Of a stretch of 64,000 bases of DNA, positions 47,356-61,376 are shown piece after piece. Source of the stretch: Zancudomyces culisetae HAW-14-8 (lineage: Eukaryota; Fungi; Kickxellomycota); the NCBI GenBank assembly GCA_052426225.1, contig JBNJNM010000011.1, positions 2,108,001 to 2,172,000 on the forward strand, read 5' to 3'. Made by a program: the position numbers and the translations under genes. Numbering within the stretch: the stretch's first letter is position 1; each line of letters starts with the position of its first letter. Below the pieces are notes generated by a model. That model made no database searches and was not told the origin of the DNA. It saw only the letters and a list, made by a program, of their open reading frames with translations.

Positions 47356-48093
47356 TTAAAGAGTCAACCCCTTAGCCCATAATGCGGGAAGATGTTTTCT
47401 ATCAAACTGGTTTCTCTTGGTAACTGTTACGTTCAAATTATTAAGCGAACCATCCTCAAGTTTGTATACCAAACCATAAATTGCAAGAGGGAGACCCTTT
47501 CTCCATCTATCCTTTACGGATTGCAACTTCGATGCGACCCTAACAAGCCTTTTAACATTTAGCTCGACCAAAAACTGTTGTCTTTCCTGGTCTGTGGGTA
47601 AAGAATCAATATATTTTTTATTTTTCCTGTACAGTTTAGTTATTGGTTTGATAAAGGTTTTGATTGAATCTTCTAGCTCACCGGGATTCATACTTGCCTT
47701 TACTCCTCCGCACTGTGAATGTCCTGTGATGGCAATTGTACTGACATTAAGATGATTCAATGCGTAATCTATCACAGACATTGTGTTGGGATCTCGTGAA
47801 ATAATGGAATTTCCAATGTTTCTGTGAGTGAACACCTCTCCAAGTGTTACATTCATAAATATGTCTGAAGGAACGCGTGAATCAGAACATCCTATGTACA
47901 GTAAGTCTGGTTTCTGTCCTCCCAAGTGGCTAGTAAAATACTCAACCCCAAATTTGGAAACTTGTCCGGTTGACCATGTCTTATCCTCTTTAATAACAGT
48001 ATCTATTATATTGGGTGTTCCTACAACAGTGTGAATCAATGCTATCGCACTGAAAAGGCTTGTCATAGCTACACGAGGGCTGGAGTATCTCAT
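47356..48093 (-). CDS. Beta-class carbonic anhydrase with N-terminal signal peptide
   Basis: Zn-binding motifs GCSDSR and HSQCGG, GEVFTHRNIGN, ELNV; hydrophobic N-terminus SLFSAIALIHTVVG. Confidence 0.93.
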   Translation of the reverse strand: MRYSSPRVAMTSLFSAIALIHTVVGTPNIIDTVIKEDKTWSTGQVSKFGVEYFTSHLGGQKPDLLYIGCSDSRVPSDIFMNVTLGEVFTHRNIGNSIISRDPNTMSVIDYALNHLNVSTIAITGHSQCGGVKASMNPGELEDSIKTFIKPITKLYRKNKKYIDSLPTDQERQQFLVELNVKRLVRVASKLQSVKDRWRKGLPLAIYGLVYKLEDGSLNNLNVTVTKRNQFDRKHLPALWAKGLTL

Positions 48094-49281
48094 TTTTCAA
48101 TATGTATTATTTGGTGTTTCCTCGTTTAGTTCTAAAAAAATATAGGGAGAGGGTAGGTAGAAAGATAGATGATATTTATATATTTTTCTTTCTAGAATTC
48201 ATAGAGCTTTTTCAAGCTACTACTTTAGATTTATCCACTATTCGGAATCTAGAAACCAAGGTAGTTATACATATATATTGCATATTATTACAAGTATATC
48301 GCCAATTATCTGTGCTGAGCATGTTTGGGCACTAAAAGGATGTACACACCGATAATTTCATTCGCTTGTATTGAAGAGTATCATGTATACAAGATATTTT
48401 AAAAGTGAAGCGCTTTCTTTTTTATTCAAGCATTTTAGAATTGATGTGCAGATTCTTCTGGGTTCAATATAGGCTGTATAGTTCAAAACAATGAAAAACC
48501 ACTAAAAAACACCACTAGCGCTCTGGAATCGTTTGCATTTCCTACCTGGTATTTGCGGATATAGAGATAACCACATCCCAAGGCGATTCCCTAACTTTTA
48601 CAATCTACCTGCAACATCGTATATGGAGTGATATGCATAATGAAAGTGTATAATGCGTTCTACCACCACTGTCAATAAATGTCCAGTGCATTTTCAATTA
48701 TTATTTTATTTTGATCTACATCCATTTTAATATCATTTTAATATCATTTTAACCATTGGCATTTTCTGGGTGTTGGCATTTTTAACTCCTATTTTTTCCA
48801 TCACCGAAAATAGAATTGTAAAATTATCATTAGTTTTAGTATAATGTCAATTGTAGCGAACATTGTTATGTGGCTAGAATTATGATAGCACCTCACGGAA
48901 CAGGTATAGCGTTATTTTTAGACTTATAAATAAATGTCTACAAAAGATACTCTTGGTTTGGAATAAAGTCGCAAACGAAAATTTAAAAACAAAATACATA
49001 TTCTAGGGTAACACACCCAAAAACATATCAGCTGTTGTTCCGCCTCTGCGTTTCCATTTCCCATCACAGAGTATTCCCAGATGACGAAAAATAACTGCGA
49101 TTATTATCGCCATTTTTTTTTTCTTGGGAGAATGAGAAATATCGCATTAATCGGAGCTTAAGGAAAATGAGCTGATTTGTTCGCTTTTGCTGCAAATCCA
49201 GTTAACAGCTTTTCATGCCAAATTGCAGAGTTTGTTGTATCTCTGAAAAATTGAACAGCGATTAACCTAGAATGCATAGAA

Positions 49282-51717
49282 ATGAATTTCGTTAGAACGG
49301 GAGTATCAAATACACGTTTCAGGTATAAGGCTTTTACTAAAACCACCAACGTATTCTATATCCGCAGCAGAAAAGAAAGCACCTTAAAAGGTAAGCACAG
49401 TATATCTGGAACCTTGAATTTTCTCAATTGAAGCGTATTAACAAGACAGAATCACCGTTTCTATCGTTTAGGTAGGCCTAAGGGTGTGCTATTAGATTCT
49501 ACAGAAAAGTTTCAGGAAAAAGACCCTGTTGAAGTTTCCGGTCTCGCAAAAGACCTTTCAAAACATATTAATGAGATAAACAGCAGCCTCAGGGTCAATG
49601 ATATCGGCAACGTAGACAGGTCCGTGCGGGGCCCTTTAAAAGGTACAGCTATTTCTTAGTACACAAAATTATGTACTGTATATTCATATTTATATTTATA
49701 TATATATATGTATGTTTCGACGATGAGGTGGAGATAAGGGTGCCGAAAAATTAAAACCAGGAAACCCAAATAAATATTCGAATATTGGTTATGGATGTGC
49801 AGACATATTTAGTAGTGCCTTTATTGCATATTAACACCCACATATTGTATTTTCTAGTAGATGGCTGTACAAAACAAAGGCCTGGAACTCAAAGCAATAC
49901 CACAAAAGAGGATAGTTTGATCCTTGAAAATAAACAAGGTGCCACTACTGGCTATGTTTCAGAGCATGGCCACAATGACAAAGGCAACCATACCCATGTT
50001 CATACCCATGTTCATACCCATGGTCACACCCATGGTCACGGCCACGCTCATGATCATAGTCATGGGCTGGGGGAAAACATTGACTTACTAGTCAGTCTGA
50101 AAGACCATAGAGATGGGATAAGAGTGACATTGCTGGGAATGTTTTGCAATATATTTTTGTCCGTACTCAAAGGTGTTGGGGGGATGTAAGTATTTTTTGT
50201 ATTTCAAAAACGTAGTGATCTATCTTTCCTATCAAAAATTACATATTAACCTACCTCATGACTGTACGAACGTCATAAGTTTGGGTGTAGTACGTAGAAT
50301 AGCCGTATTTATATTTCTGTTTCACTTTTTCATTGCTTGTAACCTAATACATATAATTAAAAATACGCATCTAGGCATTACCACTCCACATCGCTTATAG
50401 CAGATGCTGCACATTCATTTTCAGGTAAAATAGCTGCTATCCTTTTTTTACTTTACTTTTTCGGTTTTGATGGTGGTTTCTGTGTCTGTATCATATCCAT
50501 CTACAACTACAATGTGAGTAAACGTTACACCAACTAATTTCTTGTTAAATACACACGGTAGATATTTTGGGTGACTTGGTGGCGTATTTCACCTTCAAAA
50601 AATCAAGGAAATCCCCTGATAGTAAACATCCGCTAGGCTATGGCCGCTACGAAGCAGCCGGTACATTCTTTGTATCATCATTTCTGGTTGCTGCAGGAGT
50701 GGGTATAGGCTCTCATTCGATTGAGCAAGTTATGGTTTTTCTACCGGAAATTTCGACCGCAATTGGTTCCCTCCAAGGTGCCTTCGACTCCAAAAACGCG
50801 CTAGCAGCAGCCAAAGAAATTTTACAAGCCACACCCAATGTACCTGCTTTACACGAAAACTCGCTCGTACACATGCACAGCCATGAAGTTATTCCAAACC
50901 AGCCCATTGGAGGTACAGCGATGGCTATTGCAGGGTTTTCGTTTGCACTCAATGAGGTTTTGTTCAGAGTCAGTAAGTGTTTGTACATGATTTTACATGA
51001 TTTATACTAGACCAACTTTTAACAAATTTAAATAGCAAAAAAGATCGGAATCAGGCTTTCTAGTGACGTCCTTGTTGCAAACGCATGGTAATAATATATT
51101 TATCTTATTATTCCAAAGCATCCCGGCCTGTAAAGCTCAACTGAGTTTACAGGTGCTTGTTGTTTATGACTTTGATGCGGTATTAATACTAATACTAATA
51201 CTGATACATTTAGGCACCACCGAGGCGATGCTTGGTCCAGCCTGATTACACTTGTTGCAGTTACTGGCTCTGCATTGGGCGTTCCAATTCTAGATCCTAT
51301 TGGAGGTCTAATAGTCAGTGTAACACTTGCAAAAAGTGGGGTTGTGATGGCAAAGGATTCATTTAACGAGCTTGTAGATAATTCATCTAGACCCGAGGTT
51401 CAAGTGAAGTTAAATGAGATAATTTCTCACATAAAGGTACTTCTTCCACCACACGTTTTGCTCATAATAAATCATTTTGAGGAGTCAAATAAACTTTGAT
51501 ATGTTTTAATCAATAGGAACACGACAGTAGAATTCATGACTTAGTAAATCCATATTGTAGAAAAAGTGGGCCATTCAACCACATTTTTATCACCCTTGTC
51601 CTGAAATCTGATACAAAATTGAGCGATTTCAAGGTGGTTGAAAGATTTGTCAAAAATGAAATCAGAACCTCAATTCCAAATACACAGTGCGTATTTGTTT
51701 CTGTAGATATACATTAG
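49282..51717 (+). CDS. Cation diffusion facilitator (Mmt1/Mmt2-like) metal transporter, multi-exon
   Basis: About 8 exons; basic targeting-like N-terminus, His-rich tract, SLIADAAHSFSD, HPLGYGRYE, ANAWHHRGDA, LDPIGG, C-terminal RKSGP; stop at 51717. Confidence 0.88.
49989..50063 (+). repeat. His-rich coding repeat (12-bp CATACCCATG(T/G)T units)
   Basis: Encodes HTHVHTHVHTHGHTHGHGHAHDHSH. Confidence 0.85.
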
Positions 51718-51836
51718 CCTTTTCTTTATTTTTATTTTTTTTCTAATTGTGTTTTGATTATTATTTACTGAAAATTTGCTATTAACAGGCAGCCTAACTA
51801 AACATGAAAGCATCAGTGTCAAGTGGTATTAATAAA

Positions 51837-53355
51837 CTAGCTCATGTATGTAATCTCATGAAAACTCACCCCCTTCAGAGTTTCTTCCGTGTCACCAACT
51901 TTTAGTTTCAATACGCAGTTATTATCAATCCAATTGCAAAGAAACGGTTTGGTTACGATTGCTTGTACAACAGTTCTCAAAACTCTGTTCATGTTTCCCA
52001 ATATGTCTATCTCGCTCAGAAACTCGTCAGGGTGTGCATCAAGCACTAAGGATGCTTTCTCGCCATCTTCAGTTTCACCATTCATTGTGAGTAATATATT
52101 TTTTGGGATATCATAACCACTAACCTCTGATTTAGCTATGTTCTTGTGTTCCACTTTATTATCCCAGAAATATATACCTCTTTTACCATCTCTGATCAGG
52201 GCACCTTGTGTAATAAGCTTGCTATCAGCTTTTTCTGGAGTCAAGTATTGCAAAATATGAAATACAAAAGTCTCTCCAGTAGTTTCACTCTTTCCTGCTG
52301 CTACGCAAAAATCCCATAGAACACCAACATTATATGGAAGTATTCCAGTAGAAAGTGCATGTATAAATGTACCGTGTCCCCTTGCTTCATGAAGATCCAA
52401 GTCATGTGCTTTTGTGGTGGCAACTATTTCACCGTAAGGTATAAACGAATGTTTAACCTTACCTCCAGACAATTCATTTACACCTTCACCAATTTTATAC
52501 CCATTGGAGTCAAAGTCGAAGACCAGGTGGATCTCTATGTGGCTGTCACCCTCAAATTTGTTATCGTAGTCTATATAAATCTTCTTAAACTCATTACACC
52601 AGGTCATTCTTACAATCCCAGAATCTATTGATAGGTTGTCTTCACCGACATTCATTTGATCGGAAGAGAGCGTCTCAAAAATTGCTTTTTTTCCTGGAAC
52701 ACGCAGCATGACTGTCGTCTGCAGGTTTGGAGAAAACCTAGAATATTTTTCACGTATTTATGAATATTTTGTATCAGAAAAAAAGCAGAAATGTGCGTAA
52801 GCTTATTTACAAACTATAACCTGGTAGCTCAATATATACCAGTATATTATATACCGTTACAATGTGATATTATATAGGTTTTCAAAAAGTACAAATGATA
52901 CGAATATAGATCAACGCTCCACTTACGCTATCTTTGCCCATGCATACTGAATAAGCCCAAAGAATCCATTATCTAGGCTAAAATATACAGTATGTGTTTC
53001 CGAGCCCACTCCGGCACAGTTCCATTCAAAATCCTCTCTTGTTACACTATTGATAACCTTTTCGCCCTCTTTTACCTGTGAGAGAGCAGTTTTTGCTATT
53101 CAATATTCAATGTAGTTTTAAAATATTAGTCTTTGGGCTAGTAAATTGACAGATATAAGATATATGTATTCTTTTTTACTTTTTTACTTTTTAACATTAT
53201 ATTTGATTTTCAACTTTTACCAATATTTATATAAAAGTGCAGATAAAACCGAATACAGCATAATCACACAGTTTTTAGTTCCTACCAAGCCGATAAAGGA
53301 AACAATAAATGGAAGGCTAATACTTACTCTCATACACTGTACTTTTCCAAAACAT
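51837..53355 (-). CDS. SVF1: Svf1-like protein, copy A (3 exons)
   Basis: Exon 1 MFWKSTVYE (53355-53328), exon 2 ..SETHTVYF..GLIQYAW (about 53095-52926), exon 3 ending ..IDILG..VTKPFLCNW..FHEITYMS. Confidence 0.8.
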
Positions 53356-55338
53356 CGTATGTACTTATATTCACCTTTTTATGTAGTGTTTTTGAGTAAA
53401 AGTAACACGGATATCTCTCAGCGCCGACGGTTCTTATTGTTTTTACTCTTAGGTATTCCAAGCTTTAATATTTTAAGCAGCACCTTTTTGTGGCCAACTT
53501 TACAGTTTAAATATAGATCTTCCATTAAATATTTTTTCCTTATTTTCCTTTCACTTTTATTTTGATTTTTTTTTTAAAAACAACATTTAAGATTTCGGCC
53601 AATAATTTTTAGGTAAAGTAAGCATAATAAAAAAAAAATAAGCAAAGGTTAAAGCGAATAGCTTATGAATACAGATACTTGTTGCGCAAATCAAACACAA
53701 GGATGCTACTTCACACTTTTTGCTTTTTCCTTTTCCCTTTATTTTTCTGGCCACTGCATCAAGTGGAATTCAATGAAGGTTTCGATGTGAAAATGTCGGG
53801 CGCCTATACAATACTGCATTATAAAGAACATAAAGGACTTCTTTACCCAAGATCTAACCCAAACTAAACTATCTACTTTATCCTTTTCTGAAGTACAATG
53901 ATTCCTAATTTTCTGGCGGGTGTGGAGGAAAAGGTTAGCACTCAGCTAATCATGGTGGTTGAAACTAGAAAAATAAGAGTCAACATTTTGGTGTTAGTAC
54001 AGGTTATTTTGTCATAACCAATTATCACCTCGCCATTTGAGCAACAACAGGTATTAGAAATATCCCGGAAACGTTCACGACTGCCATGAAGGCAAGTTTA
54101 GCCAGGAGCACTCCTTTTTCAAAAAAAAAAAAAAAAGTATTTTGCACATGACTGTTGCATGTGGTAAATAATATGATGTGGCGTTTATTTAGCTTCATCC
54201 AGTGTCACCTGCATTTCTAGAAATGAATATAAAACCCATTGTTTTCGGAACTACATCAGAACTTTGTTAATTATTACTTCACAAAACTCCTAATACTAAT
54301 GCAAAATCCATTCAAACAATCAGTGCACTTGTGAAATGCAAAGCCAAATAGATTTGTCGTTTTTTTTGCTATTTGGAGTTGAGAAATTTTATTTAACCAA
54401 GAACTTCTGTACAATATAATTTGGTATTAGGTGTTTCCATTGCCACCAGTAACTCTACCAATTAATATATCCAGCCCTGTAAGCCGGCTCAAGCAAAGTG
54501 AATTTTATAGTTCATACAACCTAAGAAACGAAATTTTTTTGTCGATATCGATATTTTTATCTTGATCTTGTTTATAGAAAGCTAATACCTGGATATGATG
54601 AACTATGTTTTTCTCTCGTTATACTCACCTTTTCCTGCTGAATGTTAAATGTAACCAAAATTATTATATTAAATGATGCTTTTCGTGTGGCATCCATAAG
54701 TTTCAGAAAGACAGAGAAGGAAAGAGGTCATGCGTGCGTGAAAATGACAGGTATTGTAAAACTGACCTCATTACTAACCAACACCTCACCCATAGTTCCT
54801 GCTTGATGCCCATCGTGCCAACCGGATTCTGTATCTGCATAATCGACAAATATGTTTATACAATCACTAATAAAACCATGACCATCTATTTTTTTTCATA
54901 GCTATAGAATCTACCGTATGTGTAGCCTAAAATATATACAAAAGTACGAGACAGTTTTGCTGCTACCCAGGCTTACATCAGAATTTTTCAACAAACTAAC
55001 TAAGCAATACTTGGAGCACATGATAAATAAAAACTCATGTCATAGTTACTCGCGGCATAGTCAACCAAATATTCGAAATGCAATTCTTTGTGAACAAGAA
55101 AAAGCTGCGATTCCCATCAGCTTTTTTCAAATAATATAATTATGCACATATTCGCCCATTACACAGAAGACAATTGCTTTCGTAATACACTTATTGAAAA
55201 TATATTTGTGCACAAACCAAATGAGAACATAGATGAGTGGTGACAACTTTTGCCGTAGATAATCAGGTATACGAGTTATTTTTCTCTTCACACAAACAGT
55301 CTAAAGAAAAAAATAGCGTAGTGATTAAATGATAAAAT

Positions 55339-56662
55339 TTATTTTATAAAAGTAAGTTCGTGGAATGCCGAGCCGCTAAGTACTTCTGTTTCCTCCCCCT
55401 CAATAGTTAACTCGAGTACACAATTGTTGTTAAACCATTCGTATATAAACGGTTTAGTGATAAATGTCTGTACCAGAGCTCGCAAAATGGGGTTCATTTC
55501 ACCCAAAATATCGATTTCTAACATAAATACATCCGGGTTGGAGTGTATTGACAGTCTAGCAGCACGACCATCTTTTGTTTTTCCACGTAACGTAAAGATA
55601 AGGCTCCTAGGGACGAGATATCCACTACTTCTGTACTCGATATGGTTTTGAGAATCCACCTCATTGTCCCAGAAGTACACTTCTGGCTTTCCCTCACGAA
55701 TCAACGCTCCCTGTGAAATAGTGACCGAGCCAGATTTCTTGGGTGTTATATAGTGCATCAAGCTAAATATAAAGCTCTTAGCCGCCTGGTTTTCAGAGGA
55801 TTGTAACTTTCCAGTGACAAGTGACATATTCCATTCAGCACCAACATTTTGAGGCATTACTCCAATTGAACGAGCGTAGATGTATATTGCCAACCCTGGT
55901 GAAGTATCGAACTCCTGTTCATGCGCCGTAACTTTTGCGGTTACCTTGCCTTCAGGAAGGAATGTATGCATAGCAGTACCACCAGCTATCTGGTTTATTC
56001 CATCGCCTACCTTATACCCTTTTGATTTGGTAGAGAACTTCAAGTCAATTTCAAGATTTTTTCCCTTGGCGTTGTTGTTGTTATAGCAGACGTCCACGTC
56101 TGTGAGATCTTCATTCCAAGTGATTGATAGTAGTTTTGAAGAAATTGAAATTTTGTCCTTTTGTATGCGTACATCCTTGGCCTCTAGTGTTTCAAAAATT
56201 GTGGGCTTTCCAGGAACATAAATCACCACATTGGTTTGGAGATTCGTAGCCAAGCTATTTCAATTGTTAGTAGTTATTTCCGTTAGGTTGTGTGCATAGA
56301 TGCAAAAAAAAAGTGTTATAGCGTCATAACTTACGTGATTTTTGCCCAAGCGTACTGGACCCAACCGAATATTCCATTTTCAAGTTTGAAATAAAAGGTC
56401 TGGGTTTCTGTTCCGTTACCACTACAAACCAATTCCAAATCTTTCCTTTGCAGCTCTCTGATGACGGGGGCACCGGTCTCAACGCGAGAGACCGCTGTTT
56501 TTGCTAAATACAACGATAAATGTAAAATTTTATGCTTCTAGTACATAAGCATCCGGGTATAATAACAATTCACAAGAGCCATCTCCTCCTTAAATTCCTT
56601 TTTTTAATAGTATGAATAAACAATTAAAGCTTACTTTCGCTCGAACCCCAGAATAGATTCAT
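55339..56662 (-). CDS. SVF1: Svf1-like protein, copy B (3 exons)
   Basis: Exon 1 MNLFWGSSE (56662-56635), exon 2 TETQTFYF..GWVQYAW, exon 3 ..IDILG..ITKPFIYEW..FHELTFIK; introns at the same positions as in copy A. Confidence 0.82.
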
Positions 56663-58402
56663 ACTGTTTCAATTATACCTTTATTATCTCAACTGATTAC
56701 AACCTCAAATGTAACCTAATGCTTAGCTTTATGTACTTGAAGGGTAATAAGTTAAATGAGCGCACTAAAGGGGGACATTTAATGCTTTATAAGAGCATGT
56801 ATTTGGAAATTTGTTTTCACTGGAACAAATTAAACTATCCACATTACTCTAGCATTTCAGGCCAATCAATGCAACTGGGACAATACTCCTTTCCAAGCCG
56901 TGCGGTACGATTGGTTAATTTTGTTCTCCCCCCTTAAGTTTAGTGTTTCGATGTAAACACCTATTTAGCCACTACAACAAAAAACGTTGCAATAATAACA
57001 CATTCTGTTCAATCATTACCTAACACAAGATATTGGTTAGTGTTGCATAGTCTGGGTTTTAACAGTACAGGTCGAGGTGCACATTCTTGTATTTTTAGTG
57101 TCATTTTACCCCCAAGACTAATCATATTACTTTTTCAGGTGCATGGCCTAATTTCTTGTTAAAGATTTAGCATGATATAATCTGTATGGTCAGCTTATAT
57201 CCGAAAATCAAAATGGTGAAAACCGGCCCCACACAGCCAAAGAGCGAATCCAGCGTTATTTTTAGATGGCTGTTAATTAATCTCATTGACATTTGTACTG
57301 TGTACTCAATCTTGTATGTTTTAGTTATAGCCACTCAGCTTTTATTTTTCTTTGCCTTTTCTTTCACTACACATTTTCTCTTCAAAGCTTGGCGAAGTTT
57401 TGATAACCGTGTCATCATTTTGGCAAGTAGCTTAGCGTAGCTTTGTAGAGCACACACTATCTTTTATCATATATAACTCAAGGTTCGTTAGCCACGCCTT
57501 TGGTACTCGGATTTGAAAGTACTATACCGTGTTTCAAAAAATGAGATATATGTGTACATAAACCCTTGTGTGTGTACAAGAAATGATAACTCAAATCATT
57601 CTGTACGAATGTACTCTCGCCCACATAGCTTTTAACTTATATGGATATAGCTGAAAGGTGTATAGTTTTCTCTGGTATAATGAGTCTACCAAATTCTCGT
57701 CTATAAGTATTTCTTTTTTTTTTTTGGAAATAGTGTCCTTAGTGAGGGATTACATTAACTTATACAATAGCGTTGGCCATTTTCTGTTATAAAACCATTT
57801 TTAACCGCTTCACTAAAAATAGTTGTAATGGTAAACTTAATCTATCTTTTGTGTTTTGTTGCTGGTATAAAAGTCTAAATGCCAAAGATGAACCAGTGTG
57901 AACTAAAAAGAGAATAATAGCTGCTCAATCTTCGACTTGTGCTTTTATTCGTCTTTTTTTCCTGCCACCCTTCAAGCTCAAGCTCAACTGCAAAATTTTA
58001 TTTTTATTGCACTATCATTGTAATGCAGTTCTCAGGAAACCTGTAAAGCAAACAAAGAGCATTAATTTACCTCGTTTACATAACATTGACCTTATTACCA
58101 ATAAATTAGCCGAACTATTCATAATAGCAAACGCTAATAGGCTTAGCACAGGTGGATAGGAAGTTATCAGGCTTTTTTTAGGTTTGTAAAAACCGCTTTC
58201 CATGTTTTTTAAAAACACGGCTTCAATGCCTTCATACTGGTAATTAGATTCAATCACTGCTCAAACTCTTAGCATACATATGTCTTTTAATCATATATAA
58301 GCTGGTGAACATTATAATATTTTGATTTTTTTTAACAGATTCTTGAAACTTCCCAACACTAACTTGTAAATTGAGCGTGAGAGGAATTAAGCTTAACAAA
58401 AA

Positions 58403-59204
58403 ATGCCTCCGTACAAGCGACTTTTTTTTGTTCTAGCCATAATTACATTATCAACAACACTTTTTGTGTTGCTCTTCAGGCGGATAGATAACGACAACTT
58501 TGAGAATGTTAGAGATTCGTCACACAATCTCTATGATTTATCCAATTACATGGATAACAATCGAAAAATAAAGGAGGTTCCGGGACCTCAGAAAACAGGG
58601 GACTCATCAGAATCCGGAAAAGTCGACGATCTTGTAATGGGTATTAACGGCGAATCTCTCATGGGAAAAATGGTAAACGAAACTCTGCGGGCCCAGTTGG
58701 GAAAATCTACATGGTACTTTTTACATGTTATGGCGTCCAGGTATCCACAAGATCCCACCACTACAGAGCAAAAACGAACGCAATCTTTTCTTCAGTTGCT
58801 GGCATATTTATATCCGTGTGGCGATTGGTAATTCTTTATAAACATACGTTCAAATATGCTTTTCTTTTCTGTATTATACCATACTTAGATGGAATTCAAA
58901 CATTTTCATCTGTGTACTGTAAAATAGCTCTCATCATTTCCAAAAGTACATTGAAAAGCATCCACCTAATGTAAGTCATGTAAAACCCATAAAGTTTTCA
59001 CACCATTTGTCAAAGTATACTAGAATAATAATTAAATCGACTTAGGTGGACTCACGCGATAATCTTGAACAATGGCTATGTGCTACACATAACGTAATAA
59101 ACAAACGCCTCGAAAAACCGCTGTTTGATTGCTCAAAAGTCCATGAGGAGTACGACTGCGGCTGTGGCCCAGACCTGGTCCGGTACAAACCCAATAAATC
59201 CTGA
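58403..59204 (+). CDS. ERV2: FAD-linked sulfhydryl oxidase Erv2 (3 exons)
   Basis: N-terminal TM anchor, LGKSTWYFLH, spliced YPCGDC, WLCATHNVINKRLEKP, C-terminal CGC shuttle motif; stop at 59204. Confidence 0.93.
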
Positions 59205-61376
59205 TTTGTATATCAGGCTGTTTTTTCTAGTATACTCATTTTTTCAATGTAAATTTGTGTTTCCAAGTAGCACCATATAACTTCCACGTTTATATTTACT
59301 CGATAAACAACACTGGGCGTTTCTTTAAAATAAAAATAGACTCATTTAAACTATATTTCTAGAAAACAATTAATGCTTAATATTTGGGTAAATGCAACTT
59401 CCAACACCACCACAAATGTCATGAATTAGCTTTCAGCTAATTTGTGCGTTTGGACCCTATTACTTTCAGCTCCAACCACCATTAGTACTGAAAATAACAG
59501 CAAAGAAGGGTGTTTCACCATTGTCTCATAGGCGATCTTTTTTTTTTGATACTGAAACTCCAGGCCAGATGAAAAGTAAAGATATCCTGGCCAGAATCAT
59601 GTTGCTTTCCTGAAATATCCAGGGTAACTCCATACTCTCTGCATTCTGTTACCAAATGGTCAAATCAAAAGAGGTAATACCGTTGTAAAATGCTCATTAA
59701 AATGTATTGTGACAATAAAATGGTTTTACTAGGAAATAGGATTACATGACATTTTAACATCTTTTTATGGACAACCTGGGCCTTTAGTTGTATCAAAGCA
59801 CATTCAACTATTTTACTAAATATGTAGTATACGGATGACACAAACGTGAACTTTTCTTATAACCTCTCTGTATGCATTGTAATAGCTAGCAGCGTCACAT
59901 TATATCAAGTACGTGTACCAAGTTTCATATCTCATTGGATGGTTTAAATTGAAGAGTTGCAGCTAATAAAAGTGATATTACCAATGATAGTAGCGTTATT
60001 TTTCCCACGTTTTGGTAGATTTTAGCTTTGAGACCAACAACTACCTCTTGCGAAAAAGTAAATTAAATAAACAAATTTCAAAATTCCCCCTCCCCCCCCG
60101 CTCACCCTAGTAATGACAATTTCCCAATGGGTTTTACGACACAGATTTGCAGTTAATTTCCGCTATTTCATACACTTTAATTGTCGATCCTTGATTAACA
60201 TTACTATATTTTTAATTTTTTTATTTCATTACTGAATTGCAATAGGTCCCGGGTAACATTAGAATAAATTAAAAACAAATTAATTCAATAAACATATAAT
60301 AAATATATTAGGTAAACGGGATCTACCATGCACCCGATAGGCTCCTCCTGTCCCCATGATTATATACACGTTTGCCAACAAAAAACTTTTAATAAAACCA
60401 TATACTGCCCCACCACATTTTGCTAAAGCTTATCTGTAGTAGTTGGTTACGAGTGACCATAATACTGAGACATAACATGACTACCATATAAAAATATGTT
60501 AGTATGGACACAAAAACCAGCATATTGTAACGCCACAACAGAACCTGCTAGTTGTAATCACTAGCATCTTCCAACATCGAATAGCAACAGAATTATCTGA
60601 CGTAGTTTTTTTTAGCGTTTATTATTAACCAAGCATTCAATAACTCAATTAGAAAAACAGATACCAATCCAGATATTTGCAAACTGCTAAAAAAAGAAAT
60701 ATTTTGTGCAGGGAGGGGGATAGCGGAACCAGCAATGATTGTGGTTTTTATGAGCAACCCGTTCAGTAAAAAAAAAACCTGTGTTTTGAGATTAAAAACG
60801 ACTATCCTATAGTTTGGGGCAACTGTTATTGAAAGGCAGCATTGACGTAAGATTAATGTGAAAATTTTTTTCCAGTATGACGTTTAATAACATCACCCCA
60901 GTTATATTGAATTTGGAGGTGAGTCAAGTATTGATTTTCATATATATATGTATAAATTATTTATTGTATATAATGGCTTACAGAAACAAGCCTCAAGGAC
61001 GGCTATACGTATCTACTAAATAACACTTTGAATGTACAATATATAAAAATATCTAATAGAGCATGCAATAATAAAATTAGTGTAAATATCAACCTCAGGA
61101 TCTAACGAGAAATACAACACCAAGAAAATTATTGTGTACCACACCAGGAACCAAATATAGAACAAAAGTAGATACACAACCTCGATCAACATAGGATATT
61201 ATTATCAAGGTATATGTACTCGCAATTCCAACACAGTACCTATCGCAAACTTACTAGAAATATAAGAAGCAACTATACTTTAAAGAGAATAAAAGGGCTA
61301 GAACTCAAAATAAAGGCACCAGTAAAAAGACATAACTGACAAACTAGAAAAAAAAGTATACAGCTTTTTCAATAAC

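Noticed and set aside
53921-53965. ggaggaaaaggttagcactc resembles the U6atac snRNA core
   Set aside because: Only about 13 nt match, the downstream conserved sequence is absent, and no U12-type intron donors were seen; an Infernal U6atac search would settle it
58811-58831. ERV2 ORF appears to end YPCGDW*, suggesting a broken CxxC or a selenocysteine
   Set aside because: An intron splits the codon; splicing restores TGC and gives a normal CGDC
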